From: Pirellulaceae bacterium
GTDB lineage: Bacteria > Planctomycetota > Planctomycetia > Pirellulales > Pirellulaceae
Assembly (NCBI GenBank): GCA_033762315.1
Contig: JANRLS010000079.1
Span: forward strand, 11,292-75,291
Direction of reading: 5' to 3'
DNA: 64,000 bases
In this document: positions 17,030 through 27,223 of the stretch, one piece after another
Layout of the letters: each line of letters opens with the position of its first letter
Numbering within the stretch: the first letter of the stretch is position 1
Notes under the pieces: generated by a model
The model's input: the letters and a program-made list of their open reading frames with translations, nothing else
Database searches by the model: none
What the model was told of the DNA's origin: nothing
Position numbers and translations under genes: made by a program

Positions 17030-18220
17030 ATGTTTTCGCTGCCCGACGTGCAAGCCGCCCTGCGCGAATTTGGCCTCGATGGCTGGCTCTTGGCCGATTT
17101 TCGTGGCAGCAACGTGCTGGGGCGGCGGATCGTCGGCTTTCGCGACGACCAGATGGGCTCGCGGCGGTGGTTCTATTTTATTCCCGCCACCGGAACGCCC
17201 CGCAAGCTGGTCCATCGCATCGAATCGGCTGCGCTCGACCATTTGCCGGGCGAGAAAATTGTCTATCTCCGCTGGCAAGAGCTCGAAGCGGGCCTAGGCG
17301 AGTTGGTCGCTGGCGCGCAGCGGATCGCGATGGAGTATTCGCCGCGGAACGCCAACCCCTATGTCGCCCGCGTCGATGCGGGAACGGTCGAGCTCGTCCG
17401 CTCGCTGGGACCGGAGATCGTTTCGTCCGGCAACCTCATTCAGCGCTTCGAGGCCACTTGGGACGACGACCAGTGGGCCATGCATCTCGAAGCCGCCCGG
17501 CATACGAACTCCGCCTACGACGTGGCTTGGCGGTTCATCGCTAGCGAAGTGCGGGCCCGCGGCAGCGTGAAGGAGACGGCCGTGCAGTCGGTCGTTATGG
17601 ACCACTTTCGCGCTCACGGGCTGACGACCTATCATCCGCCGATTGTCGGGGCGAACGAGCACAGCGGCGATCCCCATTTCGACACTTCGCCGGCCACCGA
17701 CGTTGCCATGCGCGAGGGGGATTTTGTCCTTATCGACTTGTGGGCCAAGCTCGACCGGCCGCGCAGCGTCTATAGCGACTTGACGCGCGTCGGCTTCATC
17801 GGGCAAACCACGCCCGATAAGCACGAGCGGATTTTTCAGATCGTCGCCGCCGCGCGCGATGCGGCCATCGCCAAGGTTCGGGCCGCCTTTGCGGCCGGGC
17901 GTCCGCTGGCGGGGTGGGAGGTCGATCAGGCGGCTCGCGAGGTGATCGAGCAGGCGGGGTATGGAGAGTATTTCATTCATCGCACCGGTCACAACATTGG
18001 CCAAGAGGTGCATGGCAACGGGGCCAATATGGACAACCTCGAAACCCGCGAAGAGCGGCTGGTGCTTCCCCGCACCTGCTTTTCCATCGAGCCCGGCATT
18101 TATCTGCCCGAGTTCGGCGTGCGGAGCGAAGTCGATGTCTTTATCGACGCCACCGGCAGTGTCCATGTCACTGGCGGCGACCTGCAGCGGCAAGTGGTGC
18201 CGATTTTGAGCGACTATTGA
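17030..18220 (+). CDS. M24 family metallopeptidase (Xaa-Pro aminopeptidase-like)
   Basis: ATG at 17030 inside ORF 16880..18220. Metal-ligand context DFVLIDLW, HRTGHNIGQEVHG, FSIEPGIY. Confidence 0.85.
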   Translation: MFSLPDVQAALREFGLDGWLLADFRGSNVLGRRIVGFRDDQMGSRRWFYFIPATGTPRKLVHRIESAALDHLPGEKIVYLRWQELEAGLGELVAGAQRIAMEYSPRNANPYVARVDAGTVELVRSLGPEIVSSGNLIQRFEATWDDDQWAMHLEAARHTNSAYDVAWRFIASEVRARGSVKETAVQSVVMDHFRAHGLTTYHPPIVGANEHSGDPHFDTSPATDVAMREGDFVLIDLWAKLDRPRSVYSDLTRVGFIGQTTPDKHERIFQIVAAARDAAIAKVRAAFAAGRPLAGWEVDQAAREVIEQAGYGEYFIHRTGHNIGQEVHGNGANMDNLETREERLVLPRTCFSIEPGIYLPEFGVRSEVDVFIDATGSVHVTGGDLQRQVVPILSDY

Positions 18221-18341
18221 CCTTTCGGCCCGGAAATGCCATCATCAACGACTGCTGATGTAACCGCCGCCAGCAGCCGATCATAAACTGTTGGAATAGC
18301 GCCGACCCGCCTGAAAATCCCGCCGAACTGAGGTTTTCCCG

Positions 18342-19724
18342 ATGCTCACCATCTACGGCAGCCGCAACCAGGGTGGATTTTGCGACCGCAGCAGCCGCCG
18401 CGATTTTCTGACCATCGGCGGCATGGCTTTGGGTGGCATCGCCCTGCCGCAACTATTGCGGGCGGAAGGCGAGCCGGCGGCCAAGCGGGAGCGCGGCTCG
18501 CGGTCGCACAAGGCGATTATCAACGTCTATCTTCCCGGCGGCCCGCCTCACATCGACATGTGGGACTTGAAGCCCGATGCCCCGGCCGAGATTCGGGGCG
18601 AATATAGCCCAATCAAGACGAACGTCCCCGGCATGGAAATCTGCGAGCTGTTTCCCAAGCTCGCCAAGATGGCCGATAAGTTTGCCATCATCCGCTCGCT
18701 GGCCGATAGTGCCGGCGACCACGCAGCCTATCAATGCATGACCGGCCGCACCCGCGGCCAGCAGCCACCGCCCGGCGGTTGGCCGGCGATGGGAGCCTGG
18801 GCCAGCAAGCTCAAGGGGAGCGTCAATCCCTCGGTGCCGGCCCATCTGAGCCTGATGTACAAGACGGGCGAGGCCCGCTGGGGAGATCCCGGCGATGGGG
18901 GCTTCCTCGGCATGGGGCACGCTCCGTTCCGCCTCGTTGGCGGGCGCGACAACGGCATGAAATCGGACAACATGGTTTTGCAGGGAGTAACGCTCGACCG
19001 GCTGCACGACCGCGATTCGCTCCGCTCTTCGCTTGACCACTTCCGCCGCCAGGCCGATGCCACCGGCGCGATGGACGGGCTCGATCAGTTCTCGCAAAAG
19101 GCGATGGGCATCCTCACTTCAAGCAAGCTGGCCGACGCGCTCGACCTGTCGAAGGAAGACCCCAATGTCGTCGAGAAGTACGGCGTCGATGATCCGGCGT
19201 TCGAGCGCGATGGCGCTCCGCGGATGGTCCGCAACTTCTGCATCGCGCGGCGATTGGTGGAGGCCGGAGCGCGGGTCGTCTCGATGAACTTCATCCGCTG
19301 GGACTGGCACGGCGGCGACGGGATGAACTTCGTGAACAGCAAGCGGGACTTCCCGCTGCTCGATTCGGGTTTGTCGTCGCTCTTGCAAGATTTGCACGAG
19401 CGGGGGCTGGATAAGGATGTTTCCGTGGTCGTCTGGGGCGAATTCGGCCGCACGCCGCGCCTCAACAAAAGCAATAGCCGCGACCACTGGCCGCAGGCCA
19501 ATGCCGCCATTGTGGCTGGCGGCGGCATGAAGCTAGGGCAAGTCATCGGCGCGACCAATAAGTATGCCGAGCATCCCGTCGAGCGGCCGGTCCTCTTCCA
19601 AGAGGTCTTCGCCACGCTCTATGCCAAGGCGGGCCTGTCGCTCAACACCCGCGAATTCGATCTCCGCGGCCGGCCCCAATATCTCGTCGATCCCGGCATC
19701 GAGCCGATGCGGGAATTGATGTAG
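18342..19724 (+). CDS. DUF1501 domain protein (sulfatase-like, Tat signal)
   Basis: Tat-like RRDFLTIGGMALGG, C-terminal SRDHWPQANAAIVAGGG. Paralogous to 22503..23807 and 36589..37884. Confidence 0.88.
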   Translation: MLTIYGSRNQGGFCDRSSRRDFLTIGGMALGGIALPQLLRAEGEPAAKRERGSRSHKAIINVYLPGGPPHIDMWDLKPDAPAEIRGEYSPIKTNVPGMEICELFPKLAKMADKFAIIRSLADSAGDHAAYQCMTGRTRGQQPPPGGWPAMGAWASKLKGSVNPSVPAHLSLMYKTGEARWGDPGDGGFLGMGHAPFRLVGGRDNGMKSDNMVLQGVTLDRLHDRDSLRSSLDHFRRQADATGAMDGLDQFSQKAMGILTSSKLADALDLSKEDPNVVEKYGVDDPAFERDGAPRMVRNFCIARRLVEAGARVVSMNFIRWDWHGGDGMNFVNSKRDFPLLDSGLSSLLQDLHERGLDKDVSVVVWGEFGRTPRLNKSNSRDHWPQANAAIVAGGGMKLGQVIGATNKYAEHPVERPVLFQEVFATLYAKAGLSLNTREFDLRGRPQYLVDPGIEPMRELM

Positions 19725-19779
19725 CGCCCCCTGGCGGTCAAATTCAGGCAAGAAAGCCATCGCCTTCGCCGCGCGGAGC

Positions 19780-22479
19780 TCACGGATCGAGACTCTGCCT
19801 CGCGCTGGAGTTTTGCCCCGACCAGACGCGCAAGACCCCATCGGCACCGCCGGCGACAATGAACTCTCCGGCGGGGGTCGCGGCGACGGCATGTTGATGC
19901 CCTTTCGCCCCGGCATAGACGAGGATTTCGCCATCGCTCGTGGTGCGATGCAGGCGAATCGTGCCGTCGCCCGAGGCGGCGACATACTGCTCGCTCGCCC
20001 CCAGAAACGCCAGCGAAGTCACTTCGCGCTTATAAGCCCCGATTTTGTAGCTGGTCCCCTTCATCGTCAACAGCGGCACGCCGGCCGAGGCATCCCACAG
20101 CTTCAGCACCTGGTCGCCACCGCAGCTCACCAATCGCTGGCCGTCGGCTTTCCACGCGACGCCGAGCACGTGGGCCGTGTGGCCGGCGAGCACCTGGCGG
20201 GTCTCGCCCGTTTGCCAATCGATAATTTTTACCAGCCGATCCGCCGCGCCGGTCGCCAGGCTTGGCCCAGCGGGAGCGAAGCGCACGGCAAAGATCGTAT
20301 CATCGTGAGCCGGAATCTCGCGCACCAGACGGCCATCGGCCACGCTCCAGATTTTGAGTTCGCCGGAGCGCGAGGCGAGCCCGCCGCCAGTGGCCAGAAA
20401 CTGACCATCCGGGCTGAAGTCGAGCGCCAGGACGCGATCGACCGGCGCGCCCGCCGTCGTTGCCGCCGAGATCGTCCGGGCGAGTCGCCACTCGCTGGGG
20501 GCATCAAAAACAACCACCCGCTTGTCGGACGAAACGCTGACGAGTTGGCTATCGCCAATGCCCGCCAGTCCGACAATGGGGGCCGAGTGTTCGGCCAGCG
20601 ACTGGAAAGGCTGACCGGTGCCGGCGGCGAGCAGGTACACGGCGCCATCTTCGGTGCCAGCCACCAACTGCTGCCCATCCGTCGTGAAAGCGACGTGGCG
20701 AGCGTTCGGCACGTGCTGCTTGTGGGACAGCACGGCCGAGGCTTTGGCGGCCGCGAGCGACTTCACCCGTTCCTCGCGAATGGCCAAATCGGCCTTGGCG
20801 GCGGCGAAGGCTTGGGCCGCCTTCTCGGCCACCGCTTGGGCCCGGTCGATCACCGTTTGGGCGACGGCGACCGCCGTCTCCGCATCCGCTGCGGCCTTTT
20901 CGGCAGCCTCCTTTTTCTTCGCGTCGTCTCCCGCCTTGGCAATTGCCGCTTGTTTTTCGTCGCGAGCCTTTTCAGCCTTGACCTTTTCTTCCTCGGCCTT
21001 CTTCACATCCATCTCGGTAACGCCCACCCGCCGCTCGGTCCCTTCGTAGGACTTGATGTCTCGCTGAGCCAGGTCGGCGGCCGATTTGGCGAGAGCAATC
21101 TCGGCATCGAGTTGGGCGATTCGCGTGGCGTGGCGCGGATCGGTGGCCAGCTCGGCGACGAGCTTCTCGCTCTGCCCCTCCCACAGCCGGACTTTGCCGC
21201 CACCCGCCGCGGCGATCCGCTCGCCGCTGGAACTGGCAGCGAGTGACGCGACCGGCGCGCCGAGCGGCCACTCTCGAACTTTTCTCCCTGATTCCGCGTC
21301 AAACCGGCGCACCACGCCATCTTCGCCCCCCGAGAGAAACTCGCCCGGCTGATCGGCAATCGCCGCGAGCGCGGTCAACGCGCCGGTGTGGGCCTGAATC
21401 TCGCGCGGCGGCTGGGCCAGGTCTTTCGTTTCCCAAACGCGGACGATCCCATCCGCCGCGCCGCCGAGCAGCCATTCGCCGGCTTTCAGAAGAGCGAGCG
21501 ACTGCAGCGACACGGACAGTTCGACGGGTGAGCCCACCGGCGCGCCATCGGCCACTTTCCAGACCCGGAGCTTTTTGTCGTGCCCCGTGGAATAGACCGC
21601 GGCGCTGTCGGGCGAAAAAACAAGCGCGCTGATGTGGCCCGCGTGCGCCGCGATCTTCCGTAGCAATTTTCCATCGCTGGGCGAATGGAGCCGAATCTGA
21701 CCCGTGTCGTCTCCCGTGGCGATCCATACTCCGTCGCTGCTGGTGGCGAGGGCCGACGGGGCCGATTCGCTCATCCACTCCGCGCTCTTCGCCGCAATGG
21801 GCCGCCGCCAGAGCTTCACCTCGCCGAAGGCACCACTAGCGAGCCACTGGCCGCTCCGGTTGAAGGCGAGCGAGCGAACAAAGTCTTGATGGGCGGCGAC
21901 GCCAGATAGCGCCGGATCGACAAGCTGGGCCGCCAATTTGCCCGCCGGGAGGTCGTAAACGTGCAGCTCATTGGCCCGGCTGGCGACGGCGGTTTGCCCA
22001 TCGTTGCTCACAGCCACGGCGAAAATCGACTTCATGCCGACGGGAATCGGCTGCCAGGCGATGGGCCGCTGACTGGAAACGGCCCCGGTCCCCCCTTGCT
22101 CGATCCAGAGCCGAATCAGGCCGAGTTGAGGGGGCGTCAGCGGCTTGGCGCCGACCTGATTCTCGGCCGGCGGCATGAACGATTCTTCCTGGTGGGCGGC
22201 GACCTTGAGGAGTAGGCTCTCGGCGGGCTTGCCGGCAATGACCGCCGGGCCCTGATCGCCCCCTTGGAGGATCGCTGCGGGGGACTCCAGGCTGAGATTG
22301 GCCTCGTTGTGGCGGCTGTTGTGGCATGCGAGGCAACTGGCCCGCAAAATCGGCAGCACCTCGCGCTCGAAATCGACCGGGCCGGGATGATCGACCGGAC
22401 CAATTGGAATCGGCGCGGCGAGTAGCGGCGCGGCCAGACCGAGAAAGCAGGATGCAACTAGGAACGAGTGCCGTGGCAT
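19780..22479 (-). CDS. Planctomycete-type cytochrome c domain (PSCyt1) / WD40-repeat protein with central coiled coil
   Basis: Start at MPRHSF with a signal peptide. LPILRASCLACHN motif. Many WD40-like repeats. An Ala/Lys/Glu-rich coiled-coil segment lies mid-protein. Confidence 0.85.
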   Translation of the reverse strand: MPRHSFLVASCFLGLAAPLLAAPIPIGPVDHPGPVDFEREVLPILRASCLACHNSRHNEANLSLESPAAILQGGDQGPAVIAGKPAESLLLKVAAHQEESFMPPAENQVGAKPLTPPQLGLIRLWIEQGGTGAVSSQRPIAWQPIPVGMKSIFAVAVSNDGQTAVASRANELHVYDLPAGKLAAQLVDPALSGVAAHQDFVRSLAFNRSGQWLASGAFGEVKLWRRPIAAKSAEWMSESAPSALATSSDGVWIATGDDTGQIRLHSPSDGKLLRKIAAHAGHISALVFSPDSAAVYSTGHDKKLRVWKVADGAPVGSPVELSVSLQSLALLKAGEWLLGGAADGIVRVWETKDLAQPPREIQAHTGALTALAAIADQPGEFLSGGEDGVVRRFDAESGRKVREWPLGAPVASLAASSSGERIAAAGGGKVRLWEGQSEKLVAELATDPRHATRIAQLDAEIALAKSAADLAQRDIKSYEGTERRVGVTEMDVKKAEEEKVKAEKARDEKQAAIAKAGDDAKKKEAAEKAAADAETAVAVAQTVIDRAQAVAEKAAQAFAAAKADLAIREERVKSLAAAKASAVLSHKQHVPNARHVAFTTDGQQLVAGTEDGAVYLLAAGTGQPFQSLAEHSAPIVGLAGIGDSQLVSVSSDKRVVVFDAPSEWRLARTISAATTAGAPVDRVLALDFSPDGQFLATGGGLASRSGELKIWSVADGRLVREIPAHDDTIFAVRFAPAGPSLATGAADRLVKIIDWQTGETRQVLAGHTAHVLGVAWKADGQRLVSCGGDQVLKLWDASAGVPLLTMKGTSYKIGAYKREVTSLAFLGASEQYVAASGDGTIRLHRTTSDGEILVYAGAKGHQHAVAATPAGEFIVAGGADGVLRVWSGQNSSARQSLDP

Positions 22480-22502
22480 GAATACCGACCTTAGTGAACG
22501 CC

Positions 22503-23807
22503 CTACGCCAAAATCTCGCGGATCGGCTGGCCGATGTTGAGAATCTGCACCGGCCGGTTCGCCTCGTTGAGATAGCTCTTCGTGTAGTCGATGCCGAGCA
22601 GGTGATACATCGTGGCGAGCACGTCCTGATGGCTGATCGGCCGGTCCTTGGGTAGCTCGGCCAGGGCGTCGCTGCTGCCGAGGATGACTCCCCGCTTGAC
22701 GCCACCGCCGGCCAAGACGACCGAGTAGCAACTGGGCCAATGGTCGCGCCCCGCCTTGGCGTTGATTCGCGGCGTGCGGCCGAATTCGCCGGCGACGATG
22801 ACCAGCGTCCGGTCGAGCAGGCCGCGCTGCTCCAGGTCTTCGATCACCGCCGAAACGGTGTGGTCGTAGGCAGGCAAATTAAGCCGATGGGCCGTGAAAT
22901 TGTCGTCGTGCGAATCCCACGGGCGGGCAAACGACATGCTGACCGTGACGAACCGCGCCCCGCGCTCGATGAGCCGGCGGGCGAGCAGGGCGCTTTGGCC
23001 GGGGTTGCTCTTCTTGTCGTACCGCTCGCGGGTTTTTTCGTCTTCCTGGTTCAGGTCGAACGCCTCGGCCACGGCGGGGCTGGTGGCCAATTCAAACGCC
23101 TGCCGGCGGAAGGTATCCATCGCCGCCAGGTCGCCGCTGGCGTCGGCATCGCGGCGGGCGGTGTCGAAGCGCTGGAGCATCGCCTTGCGCGACTCGACCC
23201 GGTTGGGCTGAATGTTTTCGGGCCGCAGATTGCGCACCTTGAAGCCCGCGCTGGTCGGATAGCCGAAGGTCTCGAAGGGGTCGTGCGCCACCCCTAAATA
23301 GCCCGCCCGGCCGTGGCCGATCGCATCTTGCACGGCGATATATCCCGGCATTCCGGCCCGCCAGCCAAGCTCCTTGGCGATGATGCTGCCGCAGGAGGGG
23401 GCTTCCTGGGCGGGATCCCCTTTCGTCGGCGCATAGCCGGTGAGGACGGTATGCACGGCCTGCGAATGCTCCCCCATGTTGTGGTGGACCGAGCGGAGAA
23501 TCGCCAGCTTATCGCACATTTGCGAGAGCTTCGTCAGATGCTCGCCGACGCGATACCCCGGCAGATTCGACGGGATGCTGCCGAATTCGCCGCGGTATTC
23601 GACCGGAGCGTCGGGCTTCATGTCCCAGGTTTCCAGGTGGCTCGGCCCGCCGGGCTGGAATAGGAGCAGCACGCTGAGCTTATCGGCCGTCGGCGACGCC
23701 CCCGCCGCCGCCTCGTGGGCCAGCAGGTTCGCCAGGGCCGAGCCGCCAAATGAGACCGCGCCAGCCTGGATGAGGCCGCGGCGGGAGATGTGAAGTTGGT
23801 TGAGCAT
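22503..23807 (-). CDS. DUF1501 domain protein (sulfatase-like, Tat signal)
   Basis: SRRGLIQAGAVSFGG, GRDHWPSCYSVVLAGGG. Confidence 0.88.
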   Translation of the reverse strand: MLNQLHISRRGLIQAGAVSFGGSALANLLAHEAAAGASPTADKLSVLLLFQPGGPSHLETWDMKPDAPVEYRGEFGSIPSNLPGYRVGEHLTKLSQMCDKLAILRSVHHNMGEHSQAVHTVLTGYAPTKGDPAQEAPSCGSIIAKELGWRAGMPGYIAVQDAIGHGRAGYLGVAHDPFETFGYPTSAGFKVRNLRPENIQPNRVESRKAMLQRFDTARRDADASGDLAAMDTFRRQAFELATSPAVAEAFDLNQEDEKTRERYDKKSNPGQSALLARRLIERGARFVTVSMSFARPWDSHDDNFTAHRLNLPAYDHTVSAVIEDLEQRGLLDRTLVIVAGEFGRTPRINAKAGRDHWPSCYSVVLAGGGVKRGVILGSSDALAELPKDRPISHQDVLATMYHLLGIDYTKSYLNEANRPVQILNIGQPIREILA

Positions 23808-23825
23808 TTCAAATCCTACTCGTGT

Positions 23826-24326
23826 TCAAGCGGGACTATATCGTTGGACCCCAGTGATTCGGTCAAAATCGCTATCGTTGCTGGCGATCTTCCTGAGCCC
23901 GCTGGCAGTCATCGCCGCGAGCACCATCGCATCGTTGCTCAGCAATCCAGTTTGTTGGCTCAGCCGTGGTCCCTGCGAAGTGAGGGTAGGGGTGACAGAC
24001 AGCACCTGAATCCGAGAATTCAAGACGGTTTCAACGGCTTGCTGAAATCGACCCAGCTTTCGAACCTCGTCCGGATTCTTGCGCAACTTGACCGCGATTC
24101 CAGCCACGGGCCATTGCAGGGCGACAATCGCTTCAATGGTCATCATCCGGTGGGCAAGCTCCGTTACCACGTGGGTCGAAGTGAAACCAAGCACATCTCC
24201 CGTTTCAATTCGTTGAATAAGTTCGCTGCAGGCAGCGCCGTACTTTGAGTCGGCGGCAAAGTGATAAACGAAGGTGTTCGCATCGAGAAACACGGAATCT
24301 CCCGTCATCAAGTCGCGAAAAATCAT
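23826..24326 (-). CDS. vapC: PIN-domain ribonuclease toxin (VapC-like)
   Basis: Acidic PIN residues in VFLDANTF, VVTELAH, LLSNDAMV, IASNDSDF. The start codon overlaps the antitoxin stop (ATGA). Confidence 0.85.
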   Translation of the reverse strand: MIFRDLMTGDSVFLDANTFVYHFAADSKYGAACSELIQRIETGDVLGFTSTHVVTELAHRMMTIEAIVALQWPVAGIAVKLRKNPDEVRKLGRFQQAVETVLNSRIQVLSVTPTLTSQGPRLSQQTGLLSNDAMVLAAMTASGLRKIASNDSDFDRITGVQRYSPA

Positions 24327-24535
24327 GCGGTTTCCTGCGACTGGAATTCGGGATCCTCGGCCAGACTCCGCAGCGTTTCGTGGTCTCCGTTCCAACCCAA
24401 AATCCCAAACGCTTCAACAATCGCGCTCCCCTGCGACTCAATCGTCACCCGCACCCTTTCGTTGGGAGCCAACGGCACGGGGTGCGCAAGACGCAGAACC
24501 CCATTGTCATAGGTTGCCTCGACGTTGTGGGTCAT
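24323..24535 (-). CDS. Antitoxin, AF2212/DUF104-like (VapB-type partner)
   Basis: MTHNVEATYDNGVLRLAHPVPLAPNERVRVTIE matches the small antitoxin family motif (Y-x-N-G-V-L-x-P ... V-x-V-x-I). 70 aa, with a 4-nt overlap with vapC. Confidence 0.8.
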   Translation of the reverse strand: MTHNVEATYDNGVLRLAHPVPLAPNERVRVTIESQGSAIVEAFGILGWNGDHETLRSLAEDPEFQSQETA

Positions 24536-24588
24536 TTTGCTTGTTCCTCTCAACTGCGTGTCAAGTGGCGAGGATTTGCAATCGAAAC

Positions 24589-27054
24589 TCAGTGACTAAA
24601 CAAAAACTCGTTCGAGTTCAGCAGCGTCCAGAGCAAATCTTCGACGACTAGCTTCCTGTCGGCACCCTTTTCGATCAGTGCTACCGCATCGTCCCGCTCG
24701 GCAGTGGTGGGCAACCGCGAGAACGTGCGCAGGAACAACTCCTCCACGATTTCGGCGTTTGGTCTTCCGGACTCGATGAGTTTGGCGACGGTGCCCGATT
24801 TATCGGCGATTTTCCGCTGCAATTCTTCGCTATGCAGCAGATAGAGCACCTGGCTGAGGTTCGGTGCCAGGCTCGTTTCGCATTCGCACGGCGTATCGCG
24901 GCCCGAGCGGCCAAACATGTCGAGAAAATCGCTGCGGGCCTTTTCGTTCGGAAGCTCGATCGCCCGCTTGATGTCGGCATAGTCGTCGAATTTGGGGGTG
25001 CTACCCGTGGCCGCGCTAATCGCGTCGAAGAGCACATAAGGCCCGATCCGCCGCGAGAAGTGCCGCGAATAGTGACGCTTGTCTATGACATTGCTGCCGA
25101 TTAAGTGGCTTTCGGTCGGAATCGAACTGAGGCCATAGACCCGCGACTTCATGATCGTCCGCTGCAGGTGCTTCAGGTCGAACTGATGCGCGATAAAGTC
25201 GGCGGCCAGGGCGTTGAGCAATTCGGGGTTGCTCGGCGGATTGGTGGCCCGCAGGTCATCGACCGGATCGACGAGCCCCACATCGAGATAGTGCCCCCAG
25301 ACGCGGTTCACCAGCGCCCGGGCGAAATACGGATTCTCCGGCGACTGGAGCCAATCGGCCAGCTTTTGCCGCGGGTCTTCTCCCTTGACGTACTCAACCT
25401 CCGGACCGCCAAACGCCTGCGGGGAAAGCTCCTGCTCACTCCGCGGGTGCTTGACGACCCCTTTCTCGTTGAGCGTGATCTCGTTCACCTGGCCATAGGT
25501 GACGCTGCCGACTCGGGCAAAGAAGGCGGCGAATCGCCAATAGTCGGTTTGGCTCAGGTTCTCGAACGGGTGGTTGTGGCAATTGGCGCACGAAACCCGC
25601 ATGCCGAGAAACGCCTGCGCGGTGTCTTCCACCCGCACCGGGTTGCTGATCGCCTGTCGATACCAATCCATCTGCGGCTGGTCGGCCCGCTTGCCGCTGG
25701 CGGTGAGGATTTCGCGAACGAACTGGCTATACGGCTTGTTGGCGGCGAGCGAATCGTGAATCCACTTGGTGAAGGCGATGGTGTTGGCCTTGGCGGCTGG
25801 ATCGCCGGCCACGCGGTTCCGCAAAATTTCGCTCCACCGCTGCGCCCAAAAGTGGGCATACTCGGGCCGCTCGAGCAAGGCATCGATCAGGCGATCGCGC
25901 TTCTCGGCCGACGGATCGGCCAAAAACGCCCGAATCTCGTCCGGCGTCGGCAGCGTCCCTAGCGTGTCGAGCATTGCGCGGCGCAAGAACTCGGCATCGG
26001 TTGCCTCGCCGCTGGGAGCGACGTGCAGGAGCTTCCACTTGGCGAGCACCAGTTCGTCGATGAAGTTCTTCGGCCGGAAGCCCGCATAAGCGGCATCTGG
26101 CAGGGGCGGACCTAGGGGCAAGGTGAACCGGGCGGTGGTGACAAGGTCGCCGTAGCGGATCATTACGTCCGCCTCGCCGACGCGGCCGATTGTTTGGATC
26201 AGGCCCGCGCCGCCGACGGTGAGCATATCGAGTTGCTGCGTGTCGTAGCGGGCGAGCAGAGTCACATCGCGGCTGGTGCCGTCGGCATAGTGGGCGACGA
26301 CGCGCAGCTGCTGCTGGGTGGCCGCGCTCGTTGTCGTTTGCTGGGGGAAAACCTCGAGGCGGGTTTCGCGCGGGGCATTTTCGGCTCCCCAGGCAGCACC
26401 CTGCACGAGCCAGCGGCGGAGGGTGCGATAGGCACTCGAATCGGTGGTGAATCGCAAGCCGCCGCCGTGGGTCGTTCCCCCCGCGGCTTTGCGCAAGAGC
26501 AGCGAATCGTCTGGTGCGGCGGGGGAGACGCGGCGGCCATGGCTTTCGTGTACGATGGCCGCGTGGTCGAACTCCGGATCGAAGCCGAAAAGCGACAGCT
26601 TGAAGCCGTTTTGGCCAATCGCCTTGCCGTGGCAACCACCGGCATTGCAGGAGTGCTTCGTCAAGAGCGGCAGGATGTCGGTCGCGAAATGCAGCGAGCG
26701 AGGGACATCAAAATCAGCCACCGTCACGGGCGCGGTCGCGGAAAGGGTCTTGCGGCTCGCCGAGTCGATCACGGTCACGTCGAGCGACGTGGTGCCGTTT
26801 GCCTGGGGGCTGATCTGCCCGGTGGGCGAAACGGCGATCAGCGGCTGCTTGGCCGCGTATTTGGCTTCGCGGGTGACATCCCGCCGGCTGCCGTCGGCCA
26901 GCGTGGCGAGCACGACGAGCTGCACGGTTTCGTCGTCGTGACGGAGGCGAATCTCGGCGGGCTCAACGGCGAGCGAAATGATCGCCGGAGTCTCGGCGGC
27001 GACAATGCTCGCGCCGCAAACAAGCAAGATCCAACTGGCGGCTAGGGAGCGCAT
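24589..27054 (-). CDS. Big_2 / PSCyt2 / DUF1549 / DUF1553 domain protein
   Basis: Start at MRSLAAS with a signal peptide. Ig-like repeats. CNAGGCHG motif. DUF1549-like FIDELVLAKWK. DUF1553-like CANCHNHPFE. Confidence 0.88.
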   Translation of the reverse strand: MRSLAASWILLVCGASIVAAETPAIISLAVEPAEIRLRHDDETVQLVVLATLADGSRRDVTREAKYAAKQPLIAVSPTGQISPQANGTTSLDVTVIDSASRKTLSATAPVTVADFDVPRSLHFATDILPLLTKHSCNAGGCHGKAIGQNGFKLSLFGFDPEFDHAAIVHESHGRRVSPAAPDDSLLLRKAAGGTTHGGGLRFTTDSSAYRTLRRWLVQGAAWGAENAPRETRLEVFPQQTTTSAATQQQLRVVAHYADGTSRDVTLLARYDTQQLDMLTVGGAGLIQTIGRVGEADVMIRYGDLVTTARFTLPLGPPLPDAAYAGFRPKNFIDELVLAKWKLLHVAPSGEATDAEFLRRAMLDTLGTLPTPDEIRAFLADPSAEKRDRLIDALLERPEYAHFWAQRWSEILRNRVAGDPAAKANTIAFTKWIHDSLAANKPYSQFVREILTASGKRADQPQMDWYRQAISNPVRVEDTAQAFLGMRVSCANCHNHPFENLSQTDYWRFAAFFARVGSVTYGQVNEITLNEKGVVKHPRSEQELSPQAFGGPEVEYVKGEDPRQKLADWLQSPENPYFARALVNRVWGHYLDVGLVDPVDDLRATNPPSNPELLNALAADFIAHQFDLKHLQRTIMKSRVYGLSSIPTESHLIGSNVIDKRHYSRHFSRRIGPYVLFDAISAATGSTPKFDDYADIKRAIELPNEKARSDFLDMFGRSGRDTPCECETSLAPNLSQVLYLLHSEELQRKIADKSGTVAKLIESGRPNAEIVEELFLRTFSRLPTTAERDDAVALIEKGADRKLVVEDLLWTLLNSNEFLFSH

Positions 27055-27223
27055 GAGAGGATTCGCAACCGGCTGGCGGGAAACAACTGGCGGCGACTCA
27101 AATATAACTGATCCGCCCGGCATCCCGCCACCATTTTTGGAACTACGGAAGAAACCGTTGCCGGCCGACGGAGCGGTTGCTAGGCTGAAGCGGTCGTCGC
27201 ATCCGAACCTCGGAGAGGAACCC

